Positions 1-12,600 of a DNA stretch of 64,000 nucleotides are shown piece after piece; position 1 is the first letter of the stretch, and every line of letters begins with the position of its first letter. The notes beneath the pieces were generated by a model, which was given only the letters and a program-made list of their open reading frames with translations, had not been told where the DNA came from and made no database searches. Source of the DNA: Phoronis australis (lineage: Eukaryota > Animalia > Phoronida); NCBI GenBank assembly GCA_002633005.1, contig NMRA01000382.1:252307-316306 (forward strand), read 5' to 3'. The position numbers were made by a program, and so were the translations under genes.

Positions 1-29
1 GCAAGAAATAAGAAATAAACTCGCCTTAC

Positions 30-126
30 GTGCAATCCACTCTTTCCCAGGGCTACGAGAGGCATGTTCAGATAGATGGCGCTGCAACAGAGTGTATAGT
101 GGCATCTTCTGACGTGCACTATACAT
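30..126 (-). CDS. Candidate coding exon of a gene leaving the left edge (MYSARQKMPLYTLLQRHLSEHASRSPGKEWIA)
   Basis: ATG at 126, open frame to a gtaagg donor (24-29), phase 1; nothing downstream is visible. Confidence 0.28.
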
Positions 127-532
127 ATAGCTTTCTGGGGTATTTCTTTTTGAGGGTGGCCTTTGCTTTGTTTTCCTCGGTTCAGATCATAACATGAATG
201 TTGTCAACGGAAAATGACAAGAACATTCTATTACTACAAATTGTTTATGTTCACTAATGCAAAGTTTCTGCTAATATTTTGGACTGAAGTCACATTGAAA
301 CAACTTGTTAGGGTATTGTTTTGGTTCAAGTAAAAATGATGAGATTTTTAAGTGAATTGAAAAAGAAAGAGGATGTTTAAATCATCTGTGATCTACATGT
401 ATATAAGAAATTAAATCAGTCGTCGAATGCATGTCCAGGTTCGTGTGTTTTCACGTCCGGACAATCGATTTGTTAAAGATTAAAATAAGAAAGTTACTCA
501 ACGAAATCCCGAAATTATCATCAAATTATCAT

Positions 533-546
533 GTTGCCATGGTAAC
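533..546. promoter_or_regulatory. RFX X-box consensus match GTTGCCATGGTAAC
   Basis: Near-perfect palindromic X-box 2.5 kb upstream of the CNBD2-like ATG; the context looks repeat-derived. Confidence 0.3.
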
Positions 547-3026
547 GTTTTGGTTGCGAGCATTTCGGTTATTTACCTAAAGGCCCTTTCCTATACCTTC
601 AAGTTCGCTACAATCGAAGTGTCCATTTTAACTGTGCTTAATCCCGAAGATAAGCGTGATTTGTACAGTAGTTCAGCAAAGTCGCATGGCGGCGCTAATA
701 TGATTTTCAGCTTCTGCAAATATGGACGGTGCATTCTCAAACGTTCATTGATTTTTTATGTTTTTAAGGAAAGTATCTGCAAGCAAATAGACAAAATGAA
801 ACAGAAAGATAACACTGCCAAAATGGCAAATATTGGACCAAAATACTAAAAAATTTTAACCAGTTATCGCCCGCTGTTGGCGAACGCAGTGACGCCTATT
901 GATCACCCCGATGGCATCGAAGTGTTTTCGTTATATTGCGACATCGACGATTCGTTGTTAAATCTGCGTCTTAATTTCGGAGTTAACTGGCGATGTTGAC
1001 TTCGATAACTAAACTAAATTATGCTGCCACTGACCGATGCTTCTGTACATGTAATACTGAAGCTTCGGAGGCAGTGGGAAAGGCATTTAACACTAGCAAA
1101 CACGATTAGTTCTCATATTTTGTTAAGATGTTCGTGAGTTGGAAGAACTTTTATTCTAATTGTCGCGCATGCCGAAAGGGTACTTTTATGTTAACCCACC
1201 CAAGTAAAGTCTTCGCCAAATCTTTAAACAAGCGGGAAGCTTTCAGCAGCATGGTTCTTCATCTCTCAGCAAACAAAACAGATAGGATAACATAAATAAT
1301 CTATTAAATACATATAAACACATAACGTACCTGCCTACGCAAACGTTTAGCTACGATTTAATGACAAATTTGATTAAGTGTTCCATAATGTATAATGTAT
1401 GGATTTTCGTTCAGTTCGCCACAGTTTTTCTGGTAACATTTCATGACATATAGGCAAAAGGTCAACGTAAGATAAATAATTTCAAATCTGTTATCATCAG
1501 ATCGTCTTTTCATGTTCCCAATCATTTGTGTGTCAACACCACGCGCGTGTGAATCGGACCACATCGTGAGTGTTTGCAGCTTTCGCCGGTCTCGGCGGTG
1601 AACATCAGAATTTAATTTATTAGATTCTTGGCATGTGCTTCACTGATATCCAATGAGCTTGTGTTCGTCTCTCTTTTCAGTGAAACTGACTTTTGACGAG
1701 TGGGTGCTTCTGCCATTTAGATGCTTAGTCGAATGCCACTACGTACCTCGGCAACAAAATCCTTTGTACATTGCATGGTTTGCTGTTCTGGTTGCAAAAA
1801 TACAAGCAACGGAGTTTGGAGGACATTTCACATCACAAAAACCTAGGGAAAATGTTCTAAAGAGTGGCCAGGCAGTTGCATAATTGGGGTTAGTTTACTA
1901 CTGTGCACTAGATCATAGGCGGATTACGGCCGGGGTCAACCCCCCTTCGAGCACGCCGAAACGGTTTAAATCTTCTGGAAACCTTAAGCTTAACGAAAAA
2001 TTCAAAGTTTGATTACTTAGAGAAGTTGCATTTTTCATAAATATTTAGTTATGATTTTTCCAATAAAAGGTTTTCACCAAAACTTAAAGACTATGATTTA
2101 AGATACAGTAATTGGTGACAAAATATTTTCTACAAGATTGCAATGTGCGAAACTTTTAACTTTGAAGATTAAATCATTTTTCTGCTTATTTTGCTTTCAA
2201 AGTTTAACTTTTCATTCTCCAACTTTTATACAGTAATTGTTGAAAAATTAAAGCTTTTCTTCAAAAACTTACAGGTCTTTTTCAATTAACCCGTGCTGCA
2301 CAGGTGCAAAATTCAAGCAAACATACTGCATACGTCCGGTCGTGTATTTGAAAGTGGCGTTTATATTCTCAGTCATATCAACAGTACCCACTCCCAAATT
2401 AAAACCAAAAGAGTAAATATTAAACCGGGTAGATGTTTGACCGCAGTGGAAGAAGTTTATTGAAATAAAATATTATGACACTGATGAAAGACTTAAGATT
2501 CAAACCTGCATGCTTTCCCCAAACAGACACTCCGGTCGTACCTGTGGAATAAAACGTTCACATACGCTCACCGCACGTATTTAGAGGTGGACATGTCTCA
2601 AGAAAACTGCGGCTATGTTTTCCAACGATCGAATTAACTTCAACTTGCAACGAAGCTACTCAGTGCAATACTTCTCAACTCCCTTCAATGATGACGCAAT
2701 ATGCGATTGGTTTCATAGCGGGAGCGAATGATAATTCCGTGACGAAATCCTAATTGAAAGTGTATTTGCCTTCAAGATCCAATGCAATCAACAAGATTGA
2801 CCGGAACTCGACAAGGAATTGATCGGTCAATAAATCGACAGTGAATACAATAACCATTGTTATGCCAGTCGATAAACGTTGCGTTTCCGAAACCAAACAC
2901 TGTACTGTGTCTATCGACCTTGCAACAATATTACTGTTAATAACGAATTATACGGATATTAGGAAAATAGACCTCTCCAAATGCTTTTATTGGGACTGAA
3001 ATGTTAGCTTTGCCAGTGAAAACATA

Positions 3027-3629
3027 ATGCCAGTTGGACATTTTAATGCGAAGGGCACTCGAAGCCGCAAGACTTCATCCGAAGGGCAAATAAACACTGA
3101 AGCGCCTGAAGTTGTTCTGCCTAGTGACAGCACCGATGTCTTATCGGTGACACAGCTAGGGAAACCTGGAGTAGTTCTTGAGGCCGAATTGAACGATGTC
3201 GGCGAAGTCTCGCCCAGAATTTCCAGAAGGAAAAGTGTCGGAATTTCCCCAAGAGAAACGGTTGTTCTGCCGTCGAATTCCAGAAGAGCATCTGACAACA
3301 TAAGAGGTTCCGTTCACCAGAACGAGGGGAGCTCCACGCACTCGCGGTCTTCTGCTATGCCACCGATTGAAAGTCGCCGAGGAAGTAGAGTCGCAGAGCC
3401 GTCGCTGGAAATGTCTCGGCGGAGAACTGCTGGAGACATTGGTGTGAAAAGTACGAGGAGAGGTTCCAATGTGGAATTTAATAGCCAAGGCAAAAGACTG
3501 AGCCTTAAACCAGAGTTGGAAGACACGAGGGTTAGAGGATGGCGCCGCGCGTCCGCCTTCACTGGTGTACTCGGGATGGCAAGCTTCTTGCCTCGGGGGT
3601 CAGGCTCGGTTAGCCACGAGACTGAAAAG
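3027..3629 (+). CDS. CNBD2: CNBD2-like exon 1 (201 codons, Ser/Arg-rich, low complexity)
   Basis: Longest ORF in the track (214 aa); donor AAG|gtaagg at 3630 in phase 0 matches exon 2. The link across the 8.5-kb intron is inferred from phase only. Confidence 0.7.
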
Positions 3630-6600
3630 GTAAGGCCAGATTCGCGATGCACGTTTTTTCCAGATGAATAATGTATAAGAAAAATAGATTTTATTGCAGC
3701 ATACACTGTATTCCCTTGCCATGGAAGTTTTCAGTGTTAATTCGTTACTAATGGATACCAACGTACTGTTTTCTCTGACATAAATGTACAACATTTTCGT
3801 GCCAGGTTCGTCCTGGTTTCAACAACTATATGTCTAGCTACGGATTCAAGATTCAACGTTTATTTCATTTCTTTTGTGTACGCTAAAATACATACCACAT
3901 CGTAATGTAAATGTATAAAGCAGTTGCTTCCTAAAATTACGCTCACTTTTATGAAAATAAGGCGCATTATTATACAACCGTTTCAAAATATCCATAATAC
4001 TTGACAAGCCTGCTTGTATTGTAGCTACAAGTGTTATTGTCAAATTAAGCCAACCAATGAAAAGTTATTTGTGCACAGCTTAATTTTGAACGGGTGATAC
4101 AAGCTGGATTTTAGCGACCAAACGAAGGTCCTGTCCTTGAAATCAGTTTTACAGTTTTGCACTCCATAATTACTCTATGTTGTTTGAAAGCCTGAAAATT
4201 CGACTGGTTCACATGACCTAACCGACGCTGCGGGTAGAACATACTGTACAATTGAAACCTGTGATTATCGGATATTGTTTATCCTAATGAGCCCAATGGA
4301 AATTAAAGACAAATTCTCATTTAAAATGATCTTATACATAATTTCATGCCTTTTGGGTGAAAATAATTTTGCTCTATAAATACTTTACTTATGATTGCTT
4401 CATTGCTGTACTTAACTGATTTCGTTCTTTGCAATATGCATTTAATAATGACATATAATTATTTAACTAAAAGAGTAAAAAGCCTTCTACTTTTATTGCA
4501 TCCGTTCAAAATCAATAATGATATTTTACTGGAGGAAAGGCACGCTGAATTTGCTTTAGTTTAGTATTATATTTCGCGTGTACATGCAAATTTTAGTGGC
4601 ATTAGAGCGACTTCGGTATAGATATCACTGTTGAATCAATCGATGTGTGAAAATACATATATATTACACTGTTACACAACTTCAGTTGTTTAGTTAGTAC
4701 AATAGCTAAATCAAGTGTTTAACAGAATACTTTTATAATAGTTACGTACAGAGTAATCTAGCACTTCACTACATGGCACGATGCTGCGTCGAATTACGTA
4801 CTCAGAGGATCGGCTACGCTCTTTGTAATTATACCAGAAACGGCAATGGCATTTCTACAGTTTGTTTCTACTGGTGGCAAGGAGAGAATGAATACCAATG
4901 GCCCGTGGTTGTACAGTTATAAAACAAAGTTACAAAAGAACCTTACACGCATGCTGCCCCGTGTGATAATATGGTTGGTGTCCAGTCTCTAGTCTACATG
5001 TACATGTAGTATTGCAAAAATAGCGCATCTCACCTAACGAGTATTCCTAAGTCATTGTTCGTAAGCGCCTCCTCAACGCTGGTCATGGTCATGGCAACAG
5101 GTAAGGGAGAGTTTACAGAAGCGCCACAAGATTGTCCACGTCGTCGACATTTTACTCAACGTGGACGTGGTGATCGCCGTCAAACTTAACGAAATTTCCC
5201 ATTGGATTGTTGGCTTTTCTTTGAGTTCGTTAATTGCCAAAAAGTCAGTCAGGACGTTATTTTTACCATACAATAACTGCTCTTAATTTTGTCAAAAAGA
5301 ATACTGACAATTAGAATGTTGCCTCTATACTCTTGAAATCTTCAGTTAGCGCGTTTTTGGATTTTGCTGTTGGGTGGGATAAACTTTTTGAAGTTATTAG
5401 CGTAAACCAGAATTATAAAAAATAAAAAGCAGTGCTTTTTGTGATTTTATTACAAGTAGCCTTTGTCTGCCAGACATTCCCTGAAATCAATGTCTTAATG
5501 TACTCCGCCTGTTGTAAAGTGACGTGGGAATTCCGCCTACAGAGTGTTTGACTGCCACCACGAAGCTTCCGACAATTTCATTCACCTATTTGCTGAAGTC
5601 CGCAACCTGCATGTATTAGAAAAACGTCACGTTCAACGGAATGACGCTGTTTAGCTTATTTTCAGCTCACGTTTCTCATAATTTGCTCATTTCGGACTCC
5701 AGGCAGTTTGATAGCGTGTTGGTTTCCAGTGAGATACGACCGGAGTTTTGTCAGTGCATGAACTATCACTAAGTTGGGAAAATCATATAAGGGCATACAT
5801 TAACGAGGTTGTTTCCGAAACTAGGAACCACGTGGCGAAGAAGTTGCTTTTCTAAGAACTCGAAGCTTGTGTGTAACGTTCAAAAGACTACATGTATTTG
5901 TGATTGATATAAAACTGACGTTTTACCACAAATGCTCAAATCACTCCTTGAGTAAGGGTACCTGGATGTGCACAATGCATGTACGCAATAAAACGATTTT
6001 TTCGACATTGCGTCAATCATTCATTGGCAACATAATCTCAGTTCACACGAACAATGGCATATCGATTAACAAAAACACACGTGCCTTTTATTTCCATACG
6101 AAGTTAAACTAAGCCTGATAATTCAACACTTAAATAGCTTCCAAACCAGTTCTTTAACATTGTAGAACGTAAACTGAGTTTCAATCTATGTTCTTGGATT
6201 TGACCCTGGCGTCGCAAGAATCAAGCATGATCGCAATTAGGCACAAACGCAAACCAAAGGTATTTCAATGTCTGTCTTAGTATTGACGTAAAATTGTGAT
6301 GGGGATACGGAAATCTTAGTCTAACTGCTTAGTGGTCGATAAGCACACTAGAGCGTTCAATATCAAGCTAGAGCAATGAGAATAGCCAAGTTCATAAAGC
6401 TCCCAGGATGTTCCCATGTAAGAACAGTGGACATAAGTTCACCCATGCGTTTATTACATGTTACCCGAGTAACGAGGCTGGTAAATTGACATCGGACTCC
6501 CAAACGTACGTGGCTCGTCTGTCACAAACTCCCGCTTACCGACAGCCCAACACGGTGCAAGAGTCAAAGAAGACAACTCATGCACCAAAAAATGCGACTT

Positions 6601-9600
6601 CATGACTTCCACGTCCATGTACCGTGTTGACTGAGTAGACCAATTGGAGATTTCTGCGTGTGCGCAAAAAACAGGTGTTCTTAGTCTATACCGGGTAGTT
6701 GTGTTTGGGGGCCGGTGAGTCCAGTTTGTTTTTTAGTCGATGAACTGGGTGTATCAGGCCCGAGGGCAAGGGAAGTGTGTCACGGCTATTGATGCGGAAG
6801 TCATATTATTGTACGGCAGTCTCAATGAGATTCCAAGGGAAGTACCACGTTCCATTGTGTTGGGTTGAATGGCACTTTCAAAGAAAAGATACTTCTCCTT
6901 CTGCTATGGCATCAGTGCAGCTATATTAATCCTAGATTACTCCAGTGCACGTAGATATTTACAGCACTGTAATCACATTGTCATTGCGCTAAACTGTAGG
7001 TTCGTCTATTTTTCTAGTGAACTTGGTGTAGTCCTGCCCTGTATATGAACCACCAGCGTGCAGATTCACTGATTTCAAAACCATATTGGTTTGTCGAGTG
7101 CAGTCAACACGAAAGGAACACTTCTGTGTCAAAGCAGCATTAAAGTGTTTTCTGCCAAAAAACAAAATTCGGTCTATGCCAATTACAGTCGTGAAACTGA
7201 TCATGTTTTCCTTAATCCGTTTAAAAGTAATCAATGGGTTCGGAGAGAACTGATAGTTGCATCTATGTACTTTTAATTTTATGAGCTAGTGTTGAGAAAA
7301 TTGCGAAATGTCACTTGTTTCCAAGGTATGAAACGACTGGCTAAGAAACTATTTGAGTCCAGTTTTATCACAAACGGTAAGTGGTCTTTATCAAAGCTTG
7401 TTTTTTCGACAGTAACTAAGGGTTCAGTGCCACTTTAACTCCCAAGTATAAGAAGTGGGTTGCGGCGGTCAGGTCACGTGCGTCTTAGAGAACGGCGCCC
7501 GTTGAGTTTGGCTGCCATTCAATGGCGCTGTTGTAATTCTTCTTTTCGTCTGAAGCAACTTACATAGATGAAACTGCAGTCTCATCGTGTTACTTTTCAA
7601 AAGAGATTTTGAGCTTGGGAGGATGTGGCGTCGTTCGTTACGGCTTGAGACCGTGTTAAATAAGTTGGCTTAATTTACTTATAAGGCCGAGTCATTCTAT
7701 TACATGTAGGAGACCATGGTTTCAAACGACAAACAGCTAGAAAGGAAAAATCTCGCGAGAATCCGCAAGATATTGCAGTGTGTACTGAACAAGAGGATAT
7801 TTTGGCACGATTCTCCCCCGTGCGACAGCTACTGTACTGAACTCTACCAGTACCCTGTTTTCATATTGGAACATGTTCTAAATCAACGCTACATCATATG
7901 TAGTTTATGACAGGTTAATGTATTGTGCAAACATCTTTCACATCAAACAAGGAGATAAAGAAGGTCTTGAAAAATGGAACTCATTTCTTTTTGGTGAATT
8001 TGGCAATTGTGAAAACAGTAAACCTACAGATTTTGAAAACAGTTGAACGTCGAGAGTTTATCAGCTATAAAACATTAATCGAAATATTCACTTTGCTATA
8101 CCGCTGAAGGCTTTGCCAACTATTTGTGTTTTAAAGAGAAAAATGTCAATTGGCAAATACCAGACACCATTGTGTTGGGCTTCCGTGTGACATCACTGCT
8201 ACAAATGGTGCACTTCCTGTGCGCGCAACAAATGGACTATTCATTTCCTAATCCATTATAAGCGTGTTTAACGAAAAGCATCGTTGACTATTTTTAACAC
8301 GGCGATTACTGCTTAGTTTACTTTGACTAAAGATTTCATAGATTTATTGACGCATGAGAGGGAATGCCGTCACGTCAGTACTTGAAATTCAACAAATGTC
8401 TTGATTCATTTTCTGGTTAACAAACGAACGGGCTTATCTATTCACTGTGAAGTGCTTTTACAACGCGAGTTGTACGACAAATGGTTGTCGCTTTTGCCTG
8501 TAAGCTAATCAGAAATGAATGTAAGGAAGCACACTGACATTTGTAAAAAAAGATTTACTATTTAACCGGGTCAATTGAACTCTGCTTACGTTGATTCCTT
8601 TTGTGAGTTTACAGAAGAGGCTTAGGAAGATTTAATGTGTTTTGAACATTTAAAATTTTTCACGACCAAACGTGTTTTAATTTTCAAAAACTTTTGATAG
8701 CTGAATACATGACGACAGTATAATGTTTAACTACCGTCAACACAACCAAAAGCGATCAATGCACAAGAGGCATTTGTTCTACAAATCAACTAGAACGTCT
8801 AGTCATTTTTGACCTCCAATTAGCGAAATATGAACTCAAAACTCACTTCAATCAAACATTATTTTCAAGACTTGGCCATCTTGTGGATGATTCTCTTGTT
8901 TTGGCCGATCTGGAAAACTTAACTTAGTAAAATCGTGTCTGGCGTTGATTGTGTCACGTGATAAAATGTTTTTTATAAAGTCCAGTAGAATTACATATTC
9001 GTCGTATAACAACGATATGAACTGCACGTCAAGCTTTTTATTAATAAGGATGTTCTTACAAATGTTCATGTTTTTTAAATGGAAAAGGTTCTATAGGTGT
9101 TTTCCATCGACATGCAAACGTGGAACTAGTATGAAACGGTTCCTTATCTCTATTTCGATGACTTATGAATATGGTATTCCACAGTAAGCCAAGTTTTGAC
9201 ATTTTCTTGGGTAACTTGCAATGCCTTCTTATAAAAACATGTTCTGATTCAGTGCACAATCCAACACCTAGTCTCAGTTGTCACCTCATTTGTGGATTTG
9301 GTAATTGGTTTTTGCAATAAGTTGGTTTGATGTGTCAGCTGGTAGTTTTATACACCTAAAGCAATGTAGCTAGACTAATAGGCTGGTACATGGTTGCGAG
9401 ACTACACGTTGGATTTGCAAAAGGTTTTTATCGACTACAATAAAATCGGCGCCAAATTACTTAGTTTGGTGTAAAGCAATAACGAACGATAATTACTTCA
9501 ATTGGAAATTAAAAACAAGCCGAGTGAATGGTCTTCACGCAAACCGGTTTTTAGTTTTTAACAGAAGCCAAGAAGGTCTACGTAGATTAATGTAACACCA

Positions 9601-12600
9601 CTAGTGTAAACTGGAAAATTTCCTGTGATTGCCCATAAAAAGTGTACTATTTACACTGCCACTGCCACTGCCACTACCAATGCCATTGATAATGGTAATG
9701 ATAAATAATGATAATGATACAGATAATGATAATGATAATAATTATAATATTTTATGAGATGTAAGCAAAATCATTAGCCGATCACTGACTGAGAAAGCAA
9801 CGACTAATACCTGTGTAGATGTAAATTAATGAACTACTATGGGTTATGGAGTAGAAAAGTCGTGACGCGTACTGAGCTTCTACACTTGCTGATCTTAAAT
9901 CCGATCATGAAACGTATCCAATAAAATGTGTTGAATATTCCCAAGGGCCTGCAAATATCTTCAAATTGCTAAGGCTTTAATAAGTAAAGTGTAAACTAGA
10001 ATCATGCATTTTTTATATAGACTATATTGTATACATTTAATAAATCACATCACCTGATCTCTGATGAGGATTTCAGTATATTAAGTTTACATACAATCCA
10101 GATACATGTAAGTGGAACGGTAGGATACGGGAAGCTATCGAGATTCAATTCCACAGACAAAGTCTGAACAGAGATCCTGTACTTGATCTCCCCGCGGTGT
10201 ATTAGGACCTGCTACGGGATACCCCCGACATTAGGGAATTCCCATGTTGTTTTCAGTTTATTCAACATCGAAAGAGGGCGCACCCGGTGGTGAACCATGT
10301 CTGGGAGATACGGATGAAACAGTTGTACACTGACAACCTCTAGGTACGGCTTGCGGTTCCAAAAGACATCTTTATTTAATAATATCAAGTTTAACTTTCT
10401 TTGTTAAAAGAGCTCAGCTATAAATTACGCATGCACAAACAGAAAATAAAGACAGTATACAAATAAATAAGGGGATTAAATTGTTTGACATGTATCAGAT
10501 TACTTGAAATGTGGTTTGCTTAGGTTGTTTAAAGACGATTTGCACTCAGTTCTCCAGCGATTTAAGATTTATATACCCACGCAGGGGTGAGACTGTGGGT
10601 ACAGCCAATCGTACAGACGAGGTGGCATCACTTCTTTAGAGATTAAGTCTTTATATACGTAGGCAGGGGTGAGACTGTGGGCAATGGCAATCACATTACA
10701 CGCCAGTTCCCTAGAGGAGTCTATCTTATCAGTTATAGAACTACTTCTGTCTAGGTACTAGAAAAGATCACAATGCGGACGAAAATTCGAGAGTGGTATA
10801 AAAATGTAGCTACTGGTGTTTTAAAATGCGCAATCATTCGGTAATNTAATAATATCAAGTTTAACTTTCTTTGTTAAAAGAGCTCAGCTATAAATTACGC
10901 ATGCACAAACAGAAAATAAAGACAGTATACAAATAAATAAGGGGATCAAATTGTTTGACATGTATCAGATTACTTGAAATGTGGTTTGCTTAGGTTGTTT
11001 AAAGACGATTTGCACTCAGTTCTCCAGCGATTTAAGATTTATATACCCACGCATGGGTGAGACTGTGGGTTCAGCCAATCGTACAGACGAGGTGGCATCA
11101 CTTCTTTAGAGATTAAGTCTTTATATACGTAGGCAGGGGTGAGACTGTGGGCAATGGCAATCACATTACACGCCAGTTCCCTAGAGGAGTCTATCTTATC
11201 AGTTATAGAACTACTTCCGTCTAGGTACTAGAAAAGATCACAATGCGGACGAAAATTCGAGAGTGGTATAAAAATGTAGCTACTGGTGTTTTAAAATGCG
11301 CAATCATTCGGTAATAGCAAATCTTGTGCTGCTCAAATGGTGACAGTAAAACTTCAGTCCGCGACGGTTCTCAATAACACTGCCACTGCTACTACATGTA
11401 TACCCTGTCGCCTACACTAACACTATTGCAATTTCTTCCGCAGGCACCACCCGCCACCACTGCTTTTATTGTTGCTGTTACTGCTGAAAAGTAATTCCAG
11501 TTAAAAACCGCATGACAGATTATATCTTCACCACTACCACAGCTAGATGTTGCTGTACAGTGTACAGCCATGCCAAAAGAAGTAGTATGGATGTCGCAAG
11601 CTATTGTTTAACTTTCGAGATCCATGCGACGGGCGTAAGCGCGTTACATGGTTATCGTTTATGAGGCACTACCCTTGTTTTCCTTTGCTGCGTCTTTGTT
11701 GGATATAGCAATGCATGTCGCATCGATATCGTAGGCCTACCTAGGGTGCACGTCAGCGGGTTACTGATAAATGCCCGCCATTAACTTTATTATAAGAAAG
11801 AAAAATAAAGTGAACAGTGGATGCGACAACTTACCGGTCTCTATGCGACGAGCTTGCGATCTAGTTTCCCATGGGAGAGTGATGTACTGAAAGGTCAAAG
11901 GTTACCACAAAAATGGTGCCTTCAATTACGTGTGCATTTAGATTTCCGTAGATCGTAATAATATAGGGGACGACAACAGCGTTGGTATAGATAATGATGA
12001 TGTCGAAAGTGGTGAGAGGCAATAATGTAATCGTACGACGAGGAGACCGTGAGGTTGGTGATGAGGATGAGGCAAACCGTGATAAGAAGGAAAACTGTAT
12101 AAATACTATCTTGTATTTTTACAGGAACCTATCATACCCAAATACAAGTTGAAGACGCTTGGTCGCTTGGTGATTGTCCTTTCACGCATGCTCAAATTTC
12201 ACATGCAAGCATGGTGAGTCTGTCGCACATGTTGAAGTACATGATTTGTCTTAAGCTTGTGTAGGACCCCAGTGGCGGATTTAGAGGGGGGCCAAGGGGG
12301 CCATGCCCCCCCTCTAAATTTCTCCCAGATTCCCTTTGGCAGTTCAGGGGTGCGAACATCTGACGGGCAAAATCTTTGTTAATACTTTGCCCTGCTCCCC
12401 TCACCAACTCAAAATCCTGGATTCGCCCATGGACCCTGTCGAACAAGCTGCACATTTGGTAAAATATTTTCAAAATTGAATAACTCGGTATTTTCTGAAA
12501 GTGAAAATCCTGTGTAATTTTTTTTTTTTTCAATTTTTTCTAAGCCTTAGTGAATCACTCAGAAANCTGGTAAGATGTGAATTTTAATCGAAGCCTTAGT

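Noticed and set aside
2987-3706. Minus-strand ORFs of 104, 110 and 130 aa
   Set aside because: Antisense shadows of CNBD2-like exon 1.
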